A program made the position numbers and the translations under genes. Positions 1 to 12,460 of a stretch of 64,000 nt of DNA are shown piece after piece. The first letter of the stretch is position 1. Each line of letters begins with the position of its first letter. This DNA is from Gnetum montanum (Eukaryota; Plantae; Gnetophyta). The notes beneath the pieces are model-generated. The model saw only the letters and a program-made list of their open reading frames with translations. It searched no databases and had not been told where the DNA came from. Location: contig MNCI01001065.1 in assembly GCA_015680685.1 (NCBI GenBank), positions 1,325,447 to 1,389,446 of the forward strand. Reading direction: 5' to 3'.

Positions 1-3000
1 GACCTTGCACATCACATGCTATGGCATGGCCATGGGGACCATGGCTGCCATTGCATACTACAGCACAACCACAGGGGGCTATAGTTGTAGTTATACACCA
101 TGACATGGCCACAAGGGGCCATGACCACGATTGCATGTCGAATTATTTTTTGTTTGTTTGTTTTTCTTTTTTGTGTTGGAAGGCATGGGGTTTAGTGATG
201 TAGCTGCCAACATGCATTGAGTCTTTATTTTTTTCACATTTTTTTGGGTTTTATCCTTTCCTTGTTTCATGTGGTGCAAGGCTTTGGGCCCTATGCACTG
301 TGCATTGTAGAATAGCCACAAGGGCCATGAATTTCATCACGCTCTATAGGGCATAGCCATAATCGATGCTGGGGGTTCTAATAGTAGTGGGGGCAATACT
401 GAAATCTATTTTTATGCTATCTATGCATGCACATTCTCTCTCTCATCTTTTTTATTTTTCACTTTAGGAAGAGCCCTACAAACTATGCTTTAGATTATAG
501 GTGTAGGGCCATTGGCATCATGAGTAGGATTTTTGGGCTTTGACTATTGCACCCATGGTTGTGGCTAGGGCAATGGTAGTGAGAGAGAGGAATTGCTATA
601 GCTAAGCCTAGCCAACATGACAAGCACAACATGGTATGAGACTACACTCTCCATGGCCATGGGTTGAAGCTATGCTCTCTACACGTCGAGAGTTGAGAGG
701 GTAGTTACCATAAGTGTTAGTCAAAATTTCTATTTTTGGAACTATGCTCTTCACTGAGGTAGTCTAGAGTTCGAAAAAATTTGTTAATCTTGGGTTATGT
801 TAAGCCTATGAAGTATGTTGTACCCTAGTAAGTGCTAGGCACATCAAACAAGTTAATTAACATCCTATACCCATGGGACCTTTGGATGTATAGTTAAAAT
901 AAGGCATTTTTGCTAATTTATGTTAATAATTTATAATGTGTATATCAAAATTTTGCATCTATGCATGTATACTAATGCTTTGCCTATTGCTTGATGATTA
1001 TAGGATGTTTTTGAAACCTATTTTGATTGTAGTTGAACTCATGGGCATCTTGTGTTGCATGAGAAAACGTGTCTCCAACATCCCTACATCAAACATGTGA
1101 ATGAATCATTAGGTAGAGTGGTTCTAGCTAGGGTCCCAAGAGCTTCTAGAGTACCTATTACAGTAATTCAGTGTGATCATGTGGTCACACTTGGTAGTTG
1201 AGCCTACGAGTGCTATCACTAAGATGCTACTATTTGGAGTTAGCTATAGCATTTTAAATTTTGTCTTAGATGAGTCTATTGCTAAGATTGATGAGGTAGG
1301 AGGTTTAGGAAGAGGTCCTAGGGGTGTTCAGCCGTTATCTAGAGTATGGCATATGATGAGGCTTGCTTATTATAACAAGAGTACACCCTTTTTGTTGCAT
1401 AGCAATTGCATACTCTATTCTAGAATCCACCTGGAACCATATACTACATTAGAGGGTAAGTTCTTCTATGGCTTATGTAGTATTTTTTTGCTTGTTTCTC
1501 ATATTAAATTGCTAATGGTTCTATGTTTAACTGCTAGGTTCTAAGTTGATGAAGATGGCATGCATGAAAATCCAGATGCTTTGGCCTTAACTAACACTGC
1601 CTTAGAGGTTTTCTCATTTAACAAAAACATTTGGGCAGCCATGATTGAGTAGATGGAACATGATTTGGAGACCTATATCTCCCATCACCCAAAGGCATAT
1701 GAGTAATGCAAGACCCACGACTGGTTAGATAAGGAGTGACCTACTAGTGAGATTAGCTCTAAGGAGGTGTCTGCAACACCACCCCCATCTCATACTCCTT
1801 TTGTGCCACGTACATATCTATGTGTTGGTTCATGTTCTTGCATATGTGCTTTTTAGTTTGTCTTATTTGCATGATGAAATTCTAACCTTTTTTTTCTTTT
1901 TATTGTAGCAACAATTACCTTAGTCAAGATGACGGTGGTCACTATGGATCGTATAGAGGCCACCCTCATCATGAAATATGGGAACATGGAAGGTGTGTAG
2001 CAATGTCTATGCCATAGAGTGCTAGACACACTGATAGCTCAACTCACATGTGTTGGGTTAATGAACCTATTCTTGGCCCTTAGCCCAAGTATCCTAGTGG
2101 CCAAAATGGTCACTATCATTGACTTCTTTAGCAATGATGTTAGAAGGTTCATCACCTAGATGCACAACATGATGAGAGTGCTAGAACTCAATGAGGCCTT
2201 CTTCGCTAATCTCTTTGGCATTCCTACTGATGGCTTGATAATTGTCGATAAGGCTAGTAGGAAGGTGAACTGCAAAGATGAGATCGGGGACTGGTTGAGG
2301 ACCACTTGATCTCACAAAGGCATATCAATCAAAGATGTGTAGGTGCCTAAGATGCAGGAGTTCTACCATCTATTTTGTGCTCATGCCTTTCTGAAGCTAC
2401 TCTTCCAAGGAAATATCCTAGTGGTGGAATAGGCATAGGTGATAAAGAAGATGCTACTAGAGGGTATGAGATTAATTGGGATGCATACATAGCCACCAAT
2501 CTACATGTAGAGATTTCTTGGCTTCGATTCAACCTCCGGGCGAGGTTCCACGTCCAATTTGCATTCTTCTCATGATACCTGTGAAGGTTTGTCAAGCTTC
2601 TAATGATGCAGGATGATGGAAAATGGATGATGTAGAACCATGAGTAGCTTTCGCAACAATGGTTCAAACATATGTTTTCAACCACATGTACACAAGACCC
2701 TCCAAAGGAGATCGATGACTCATTATTAGTAACAACGAAGGTTACTATGGGACACTTGCATTATTCATGCAATAGTATGGATGAGGGTCCTCTAGTTGGC
2801 ATCGAGGATGTGAGAAAGGTGGATCATTACATAGTAGAGACAGTGGGCCAACCAAGGCCAAGATCAAGAGGTTACATCCTCAAGAGGAAGCTACCCTTGA
2901 GATTAGAAAGGTAAGTAGCAAAAAGATCTACATCAGGCTATGCAATTTACATGAGGATGTTGCAGGTTAGTATGCATAGATGCTAGATGCTTTAGTTGTA

Positions 3001-3575
3001 TTTTTACATGTATTTTTTATGCTATAAAGTTAGTTAACTAATGACACTATGCCTTGCACATATGTGGGTTAGTTTTAAAAAGAGAAGAGAGGGTTATGAG
3101 AGCAATGGTTGAGGTAGCACCAGAGGAAGCCCCCCTAGGGCCGAGGAGGAGGTTGATCCTAGAGATAGGCTTCATAAGGTGGTAGAGGCCCTCTAGCAGT
3201 TGGAAGAGGAGGGGTTGCTCCACCCTGATGAGGGTGATTTTAACACTTTGTTTGATGGTACATAGCTAGGTGAGCCCCCTACACTCACACTTGAGGGTCT
3301 TCTAGGTAATTTACTCTTATTGCCATCTACCTTCTATTGTTTACTTTAGTATCTTGAGCTATGTCAAGTCATATGCTAATTGCATCATTATATTGCAGTG
3401 TCAGATATTCCCACTAGTGGTCCTACATCTACCTACCACATGGAGCCATGGGTAGAGATGTCGGATAAACTTGCCTTCATGGAAAGCATTGTTGAGGACA
3501 TGGTGGATCACTTGTAATAAGTGAACCTAGAGCTAGGTACGTGTGTAGTCCTATTCCATTTTATGCTCTCTTACT

Positions 3576-4946
3576 TGTAACGAAAAAAAAACGTCGGTCA
3601 CTGGAAATACTAAACAAAAGTCTGTGTACACAGTTCTAACCCCGGATCTGTGCGAGGGCCGTGCTGGAGAAAGAAACGAATTCAAGGTGCCCTGAATAGT
3701 CTTGTCGATTAGACAGGGACTTACTTAATTAGTAAAATTTTTGTAATAATTTGATGGAAAAATGATGACTCTTTATGAGGAGATGTAATATTGTTAATCC
3801 TGAAAAATAATTGAAAATGATGCAAACAATTCAGAGCAATTACCAAATATGTATAAATAGGATGCAAGGAATCGGATTTGTAGAGAGTACGACCACAAGA
3901 TCTGGGATTTAATTTATGAACACAATATGTTGGATACAATGATTATAGGCAGGCTTCGGTTTGGATGAAGCACATACCAGTAGCAAGAAATTTATCTAAA
4001 AATGGAATAGGCGAGGATCAATCTACCTTATTCTAGCCAATCTAGGTGCAAGGAAGTCAGACCTGGGGCAGAATATCTGTCAGCCGACAATTTCTGATCA
4101 AGGATTCTTGCCAATCACCTCCGATGTTCTAATGATTGCTGATCTTCTTTTTGCTCTCTTGCCAACCTTGAAAGTGAAAATTTTTGCCAACCCCCTTTGA
4201 TCTTCGTCAACTGGAGCATTTATAAGGTTAGGGTCAAGAGGAAAATGCAATTTAAATGATGCATGTCCTGAACTTATAAGATGTCGTTGACCCAATGTGT
4301 TGTTGTTGAAGCTTGTGGCGCTATGCTGTGTAGCGCATCGTAAACCACCCTTGTTTGGGCTTTGGCAACATACTATCCATTGATTACGCTGTAATATGCT
4401 AGAGAGCAAATTGTGGTGTATGAACTAATGATGTATGAATTGTGTTGTTGTTACTTGCATTACGCTACGTTATACTAAATTATGCATCATAGCGTAATTC
4501 AGTGTAAAATAATGAAATTGCAAAAGTTGAAGTATTGTTGCCACGCTTCCTCTGTGTAATATAGTGTAATAGCCCCCCTTAACCAAGAAAGAAAACCTAT
4601 TGAAATACGTAGCATGTTGCAGATCGTTGCTTAAGCCTTGAGATTTTTGCTGGGTCGTCGGAGTCTTGAATGTTTGCCATCTTTGATGCTGCGGTGGACT
4701 TTCTTTGATATTACGCTGTGTAACATGGTGTTATGCTATGTTGCATAATGTAGCATAGTATGATAAATGTTGAGATTTTTTGAAACATAGAAAACCCGCA
4801 AAGTGAAAGGCTTGCCGTTGTGCACCCATCTTTTTGTTCTCTCTTCTAAAGTTCATTTTTACTATGCTGTGCCTTGTCACGACTCCTCGCCTAGGCTGCT
4901 AGATTTTTCCGAACTATCGAGGCCTTGAAATTTTTATGGTGTTTCA
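3576..4946 (-). repeat. E1 3' LTR
   Basis: tgtaacg...ggtgtttca; aligns with 19247-20584, roughly 10% divergent by eye, mostly transitions. Confidence 0.95.
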
Positions 4947-4959
4947 ATGGCCCCTCTTT
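4947..4959 (-). other. E1 polypurine tract
   Basis: AAAGAGGGGCCAT on the minus strand, abutting the 3' LTR. Confidence 0.85.
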
Positions 4960-6139
4960 GTTGACATTTTGAGGGCTTGCTTGAAATTCGTCAACGAAGA
5001 ATACGAAAAACCAGAGAGGTAAAGGCACCAACAGCACCCGTCAGAGATTGCTCAAATGTTGCTCTATCAAAACCTGAAGTGCAAAGGTAGGGTAGAAAAG
5101 AAAGCATAGGAGGAATTTTACAAAAGTAAGAGGAGGGAGGTTCGGGGAAGACTCAAGCATATGAACATGAAACTTTCGCAAACAAGTCAGTACGTCCTTC
5201 TACGAATGTATTTGTGAGAGGTTACGCCATCATACTGTATATGAAGGACTTGCGCAGATGAGTTGTGTTATACTTGCATGGCCTAGATGAGCTATTTTAG
5301 ATCCATTTTGCCAAACTTTGCCCCTGCTTTTTTTTTGAATTACATTCCACTTAGGCGAGTTGCGTTACGCCAGTTCATGGACATGAAGATGCGAAAGATT
5401 TTGCTTAAATGTTCACGCTTTGTACAAGAAAAGTAGGGGGTAAAAGTGGTCATGAGGACAAAGGGAGGAGAAAATGAAGTAATGCATCCAATGGAGGGAG
5501 AGGTAGGGTTTGCACTCCTAAGTGGCCAGGCTAGTCTGAGCAACCACTTCAGGATGTCGTGATACCTCACCTTCTAATGAATGCATTCTCAATCAATGTT
5601 GTCATAGCAAGTAACCTGGAAAACATAACAGAGAGCATAGTGCAGAAGCAATCATCCTAATCGCTAAGAAGGGAGGTTGTTGAAACAAGCACCATCCAAA
5701 GAGAAAAGAAGAATGTAGATCATGAAACAAGGACCGTAACAAGGAGCAAGGATCCCAATGTTGATGCTGTGGTTCATGAAAGCACCGTCAATAGCCAGAT
5801 TCCTGTTGCTCAAATGATTGGGCAAAGAACAAGTCAGATGAATCTGCTAGGCTAGATTTTGGTAATAGTGATGGATGGGGGCCGCTGAGACTACAGGTGA
5901 CCATAGTTTTGTCGGGGCCCCAAGCGACGAAGTTGATCCCAAGAGCTGTGACTATAGAGCAGCTATTGTAGCAACATCTCTAAGGGGTCAGTAGTATGCC
6001 TTTCAGCATGTCCGAGGAATCAGTAGGATGCTGGTGGGGTAACAGCGTTGCATATGTCCCAATGCCTTACCTGTTCCATCTAGTAGGGATGCTATGCAAA
6101 AATGACCACGCTTTATTACTTCATGGATTGTTTGATGGA

Positions 6140-6500
6140 TTCTAGTTTTGAGTCCTAGTCAACTGTTATTATTCGTTTTAAGCCTCAGTAGGTCGTGGTC
6201 CTGTTTTAACATCTGGGCAGACTGAAACCTACTAGTTTTACATCATAGCAGACGGTGGAAGAGCTAGTTTATGGTCCCAGTAGACCATGTTGTGGGTGTC
6301 ATTTTTATGTCGTGACCCAAGGACAAGTCTATCCTGGTTTAGCGTCTCAGCAGATGTATGCTTACCTTTCCAATTTCACGTCATGGCGGACAGTCAGAAA
6401 CTTTGCTAGTTTAGCATCTTGGTGGACACGTGTAAGAAGTGCCAGTTTTATGTCATAGCAGACGTGTACAACTTTGCTAGTTTTACATCGTAGCAGACAT
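6140..6500. repeat. Degenerate ~35-bp tandem array downstream of the INT stop
   Basis: Recurring ctagttttacatc(a/g)tagcagac-like units at ~6233, 6264, 6335, 6406, 6442 and 6477. Confidence 0.7.
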
Positions 6501-6539
6501 TTTTTACCTTGATTTTGAGCCAAGTCAATGTTTAGACAT

Positions 6540-9456
6540 AATACCATTTCAAGTGCAAATGATTCATTGAGTTTGAGTGCTCGTTGCTGTCGATGTCCGC
6601 TAACTTGAATGCTCCATTGCCGTATGCGCCGATGACCAAGAAAGGGCCTTCCTAGTTTGCCAAGAAGTTTCCTACTGGTTCATGAATGGCCTTGAGAACT
6701 AAGTCTCCTTTCTTGATCGGTCGTTGATGTAGGTTGTGTGAATGCTTCTATCTCTATTTATCCTAATATATTTCGATGGTGTTGAGTGTCTAGATGTGTT
6801 TCTCCTCCACTGAGTCTAAATCCACGATTCTAGATTCATTGTGTTGAGTCTCATTTATAACTATGGATAGGACCATCCGCAATGAGGGAACCTGTAATTC
6901 CAAGGGTAGCACTACTTCGAACCCATAGACTAGGTTGTAGGGCGTCCTGTCTGTAGCTATTCTACATGCTCTATGATACGTCCATAGCACATAGAGGATT
7001 TTTTCATGCCATCATTTTTTGTTATTGCTGAGCATCTTCTTAAGTAGATTGATAATAGCCTTGTTTGTCGCTTCTGCTTGACCATTTTCTTGTGGGTAAT
7101 AAGGTGAAGAAAAAGATTGCTTGATACCATCGAAAGATTGCTTGATACCTTTTGTACATGCGTTAGCTCGTGTGATGGTTCGCCATGTAGAAGGTAAGTC
7201 TTAATGTTTTCATACCATTATGGCGTTCCCCCCGTGTTTAATGAATAAATCTGCATCACTTGGATGATAGGATCTATACATTCCATCATCAAAGCAGGCC
7301 AAGTGGCAAACAAGCATGGTGGCATGTTCAATGCCATGGTGGCCAATGCATCAGCCACAATGTTTTCATTATGTGGCACGTGCTAGGCATTGACTATCAC
7401 AAATTATTTCAAGAGATCTTTAGCCATATCACATTAGGGCTGTAGATGCATAGCTTTGTAGGCGTAGACTCCCATGATTTGATTGATGATGAGCATCGAA
7501 TCACCTCAGATTGCCAGGTGTTGAACGTTGAGTTCTCTGATTGTCAATAATCCTCTGAGGAGTCCCTCATACTCTACCATGTTGTTCGTACAAGGGAGGG
7601 CCAGGCGGTAAGCCAATGGATGCACATCCTTAAGGGCAAGCATAATAATAGTGGCAGTACTGCTGCCTCTAGTAGTTGAAGCTCTGTCAATGTATAACGT
7701 CGCTTCGAGGCCTGTTGATACAGGGCTTAAACTATGTACATGCTCATCTGGGAATTTTGGCTCTATTGTAGCTTGATCGTTAATAGGCGATATCGCTAGC
7801 TGGTCAGCTATAGCCTGACCTTTGATGGACGATTGGCCAACATAATGTAAATCAAATTCGGCTGTGATAGCCTTCCAACGAGCTATCTTACTACTCTCAT
7901 ATAAGTTGCTTGAGATAGCTCGCAGAACGTTGCTTTTACAAATTATGTTGACCTGACTGCGAAAAAGATAATGCCTACATTTTTTAAGTGTGAAGACTAA
8001 TGCCAAACAGTTACGCTCCACTTCATTGTACCTTGTCTTGTACGCAAATAGGACGTGACTGAGGTGATAGATAGGGGCTTCTGACCCATCATTCCTTTTT
8101 TTGGCAAAGTAATGCAGCTATAGAGACGTCTGAGTTAGTTAGATAAATGTAAGAAAGCTAATCCCTTTGTGGTGGGAAAACCATTGGTAAATGTTGTAGC
8201 TCCTTTTCTAAGTCATCAAATGCACGTTGGTAGTCATCGGCCCATTCGAAATTAACACCCTTCTTAGGAAGGTGTTGCATGAGATGTAATTTAACTGTTA
8301 ACTTTGAAATGAACTGCCTGATGAACTGTAGTCTACCTTGTAACCCACGTAGTTCTTTGAGGTTTGTAGGTGGCATTAAATTGACGATGGCTTTAACTTT
8401 GTCAAGGTCGACTCGAATGCCAGTCTCTAATACCACAAACCCCAACATGCGTCTGGTTTTGACTCCGAATACGCATTTCTTTGGGTTGAGCCATAAGTCC
8501 TGATTAAGACATCGTTTAAGGACTAACTCCAGGTCTTCTGAATGATCTTCAGACCTTATAGACTTGACAGCTATGTCATCTATGTAGTTGTTCAATCTCC
8601 CTAAAAGATAGTCACTAAAGATATATGTCATGGCTCATTGATATGTTGCCCCAGCATTTTTTAGCCCAAAAGGCATCATAGTGTAATAGAAGGTCCCCCA
8701 CGGTGTCATGAATGTTGTGGTCAATTGATGCTCTAGGTTAATGCGAATTTAATTATAACCTGAGAAACCATCCATAAAGGATAGAATTGCGTGGCCAGCT
8801 ATTGTGTCAATCAGTTGGTTGATACTTGGTAGCAGAAAATTTTCCTTAATTATAGCTTTGTTCAAGTCCTGGAAGTCTATGCAGATGCGTATATCTCCAG
8901 TTTTCTTAGAAACAACTATGATGTTGGACACCCAATCTAAGTAATCAATCATGCGAATGAAGCTAGCTTGATATAACTTGGTGATTTCTTTACGCACTGC
9001 TAACGTAATTTTCGGCTTAATATTTCATGCCTTCTATCTAATTGCTTTGATGCATGGATCTAAAATTATGTTATGCTATATTAATCTCGGGTCCAATCCC
9101 GGCATGTCTTCATATGACCACGCAAATACAGCAACGTTGTTTTGGAGCACTTATGTTATGCCACTCTGTGTCTGTTGGTCTAAGAGGGAACTAACTATAA
9201 GAGTTTTATTTTTGCCTTTGTGCATAACCACAAGTGCCTCGTCGAGAAGGTCCTCGGTCACATCACCAGCCTCCAGGTCTAGAGTTCGGGTCAGATGTTC
9301 TGGCCAATCTGGGGATATTTTTGATGTTGCTATGGTTGCGTCACAAGGGGTAGGTTCTGTTTCTATCAGCATGTAGTTAAACTATCTAATGGTCTCCCCG
9401 TATGGGCCTATTAAGGATAATGGTGCAGATAAAGCTGCATCCATTTTCGAATCACC
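6540..9456 (-). pseudogene. pol: E1 pol second half: RT - RNase H - additional (aRH) RNase H - integrase (N-terminal part deleted)
   Basis: VFAWSYEDMPGLDP; ICIDFQDLNKA; SFMDGFSGYN; MPFGLKNAGATYQ; YIDDI; RH ERNCLALV; aRH LYID...CTNNMVEYEGLL...GDS...ADALA; [29 protein letters not shown]...EGPF. Multiple stops. Confidence 0.93.
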
Positions 9457-10664
9457 CTGCAAAAAATGCGAAAAAAGGAAGTTGTTACATTGTTTTTGTG
9501 CTAATCTATTAAACGATAAGAGTTTGTTCTTGTCTTTTTTGCATTAGGGTTACATATTAAAGAGGCTTCCATTTTAAGGTCTTAGTGGACCATTACCAAT
9601 ATGCTCAGTCTATAAAACAGTGACGAGCTTGGCTTCCTAGATGCTGCGGTGTGAAATAACATGAAAGATATAACGTGGTGTGTCTAACATGTCGTGAAAT
9701 TTGAATTTCTGTACAGATCGTAGTTAATCCGGCTGGATTACGAGATGATAAATGTATTAGTTTAGGGTCATTTCGGACCACGATCTACATGATATCTATG
9801 AAATTAATGCCCTGATCTTTGTGTTTCATGTCATACTGACACCAGTGTTTCGGGAAATTTCCGCATCGATCGGGCAGAAAGAAAAGTTAGTTTCAAGTGT
9901 TTTTTTTATAAACTAGTGGTTCATCTTCAAAACAGGTTACAGATATCATGAATTTGGATTTTGGCTATAGCAGAAAAGGAGTAGAAGTAAGGCATAAATA
10001 GAGGATTTTACAAAAAATCATTCAATTGCAACTATGACACCAAAGGTCAAGAGGAAGAATGCTAAACTGGCCCAGATTGACGAAGTGCAGGAGAGCTTGT
10101 AGCGGGCTTCGTAGGCCAGAGTCAAGGCTCAGGAAGTTACTCCGCTTAACTAGTAAGTCGGCATCCACCCTTTTGCACTATTGTTATATTTGTTGCAGCA
10201 TCATAGTTGTCTATTATTCTCCTGAATGCGTATGTTGCATTAAGCATTAATATCTGTTTATGCAAGCTGAGCTATTGTGATTTGCGATATTACCTTTGTC
10301 TTCGTTGTTGGAGAAGAACCTCATATTGTTACGAGGGTTTAGGTAATGTTGGGTAATACTAGGCAAGCATAGTGGATAATCGAAAAATCTAGGTATTGTA
10401 TCTATGGGTAGCATAATCAGGGTTTTTTTTTTCTTTTCCTTTATTCCCGTAATAGCTGCATGTTACGCTGGAGTAATATGCAGTGTTGATTTCATCGTAG
10501 TTGTCAGAGATAGACCTTGAGTTGTTGCAAGGGTTTGGGCGATTTTGGCCATGTGTTTCCAGTGAAATCTATAATTTTCTGGGAATCAGGAAAACCCTAT
10601 TATGGCATGATGAATGTTCATGTTCAAATGCTTCGTCTAATGATAACATGTTTTCATTGTATAG

Positions 10665-11114
10665 TATTATGTTAAATCATGTCCTAATCGTTTTGGACAT
10701 CGTGGGCATTCTGTGCTACATGCATGTTCTTGTGGCCAATGTCCCTCCTCCTCATGCTCATATAAAGGGGGAGGCAGTGTGGTTCTAAAGAGGCGCATGG
10801 GGGTTCTTGCAATTTTTGCTTCATAATTACAATGTAATTGTCTGGTCGCATTTACCAGGTGATGTAACTGCTGCTATTTTGGAGATGCTACTAGTTGGTT
10901 CGACACAGAGCATCTTGGCATTCTTGGCAGATGGCAGGATTGAGACTACGTGGTCGCAAGACCATGAACAAAACATCAAAGGTTTGAGGTGTTTGAGCTG
11001 GATCTGGGAGATGCCCAGACTCAACTTTTATCACTCCTACAATACTCTGTTGATCGCCTGTCACCTCACAACCTATTTCTAGAACCCACTTGGTACTGTG
11101 TATTACGCCAGTGG
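10665..11114 (+). pseudogene. Exon encoding an FCP1/NIF-type HAD phosphatase-like domain
   Basis: LIVLDIVGIL ... F*RGAWGFLQFLLHNYNVIVWS ... WSQDH ... LRCLSWIW ... YHSYNTLLI ... NPLGT matches the order of NIF motifs (LLVLDxxG.L; RPG..EFL..+...F.V.VWS; W.Q.H; K.L..+W; NTLL+DD; NP). Copy C reads PGTKEFLIYLLHNYSVIM. Confidence 0.7.
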
Positions 11115-11606
11115 GTAAGAATTTAAATTTGTGTCGTTTCGATGTATGGCAAAGCACTAACTACTGTTTGAATTTACATTGAGCTTAAGGAATTCGTCCA
11201 TTTTCTATGATGTATATTCTTCATTAATGACAGAGGTCTCCTAGGCGATAATGATACCTTGTCATTCACTTAAAGGGCTATAGGTCAATTCACTGCTATT
11301 AGCAATGTATGGGCTGCTGTCATGGAACAAATAGCGTTTGAAATTCTAGAATACCTAACTTGCTATGCCGACTTCTTTTCTAGATGTAAAAATCTCAGCT
11401 GGCTGGATAGGAAATAGACTTTGGATCCTCCCTTGACTGTTGTTGACATGCAAAGGAAAATCCTTCCATTTCCTTTTCCATTTGGACCTAGTAAACTTTG
11501 TTATGATGATGAATTCTGTCAATGTTATTAGCTAGTGATGATGTGTGAATTTGTCTCATTTTTTTTATTATGTTATCTCGGCTTAGTTATTGTTTTATGT
11601 GTGTAG

Positions 11607-12460
11607 TCAGGAAATCACAGGAGATTACGATCATGGCTTCTGATCGCGATGTGAGCAATCTCTTTTTCCGCTATGATGACATAAAGGAGACACAACGCTG
11701 GCTTTTCCATAGAGTGGCCCCAGTTGTTTTGATCAATAACCTTCAGGAGGCTAGCCTGATGGACCTGTTCTTGGCCATAACCCCTGATGTTACTATAGGT
11801 GGAATATTAACCTTAGTTAACTCCTTCAGCAAAGAAGCTGAGCGTCTCTGGGTACGCCTGCGTAATGTGCGCGTAAATTTTGACATCGATGCTCAACTGT
11901 TCACCGATCTCTTCGGGTCTCCTCCAATGGCTTTCCTATAGAGGAAAAGTTGAAGAGGAGCACCAAATACTAGGAAGAGATAAAGGAGTGGCTAGGGGTT
12001 AGGAAGGAAGCCAAAGGAATTCCTGCCAATGGGATTGAGTTGGAGATGGCCAACACCATTTACCCCCTTTTTCGAGCTCGGGCCTTCCCCAAGACACTCT
12101 CCCAAGGGAGATTCCTCACTATAGAGCAAGCTCGCATTATGCGAGAGGTCATGGAGGAGGGGACGCAATTCAATTGGGCCAGCTATTTTGCTGAAGGCTT
12201 GCACGTTGAAATGATCAAGCTTCGCAAGAAGCTTGAGTCTCGTTTCAATGTGCATTTTTCTTTTTTTGTAGCTTGCTTTCGACGCTTTGCGAGTTTTTGG
12301 TAGTTCAAAGAAATGGAGTCTGGGTGCAGCAGGACCGCAGCCATATTTCTAAACCATGGATTTCCCATATTTTTGGCACTGTCCGATTGCACAACCCTCT
12401 TGAAGGGATCAGGGAGTCATTTTCTGTAATGATTAAAAACATGGCAGCGCATTGAATGTA
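11607..12460 (+). pseudogene. Exon encoding a PMD / Transposase_32-like plant transposon domain
   Basis: ILTLVNSFSKEAERLWVRLRNVRVNFDIDAQLFTDLFGSPPNG ... FNWASYFAEGLHVE ... FRRFCEFLV; conserved in copy B (FANLFGIPTDG, INWDAY) and copy C (FSNIFGIPSSG, FDWAS). Family assignment rests on motif resemblance only. Confidence 0.5.

Noticed and set aside
1004-3575. Intron-containing sequence as a genuine host gene
   Set aside because: It has stops and frameshifts, is homologous to the gene inside TSD-bounded E1, and is contiguous with E2 gag-PR.
3721-3939. 72-aa ORF present in both E1 LTRs (also 19391-19609)
   Set aside because: Duplication is explained by LTR identity; no domain recognised.
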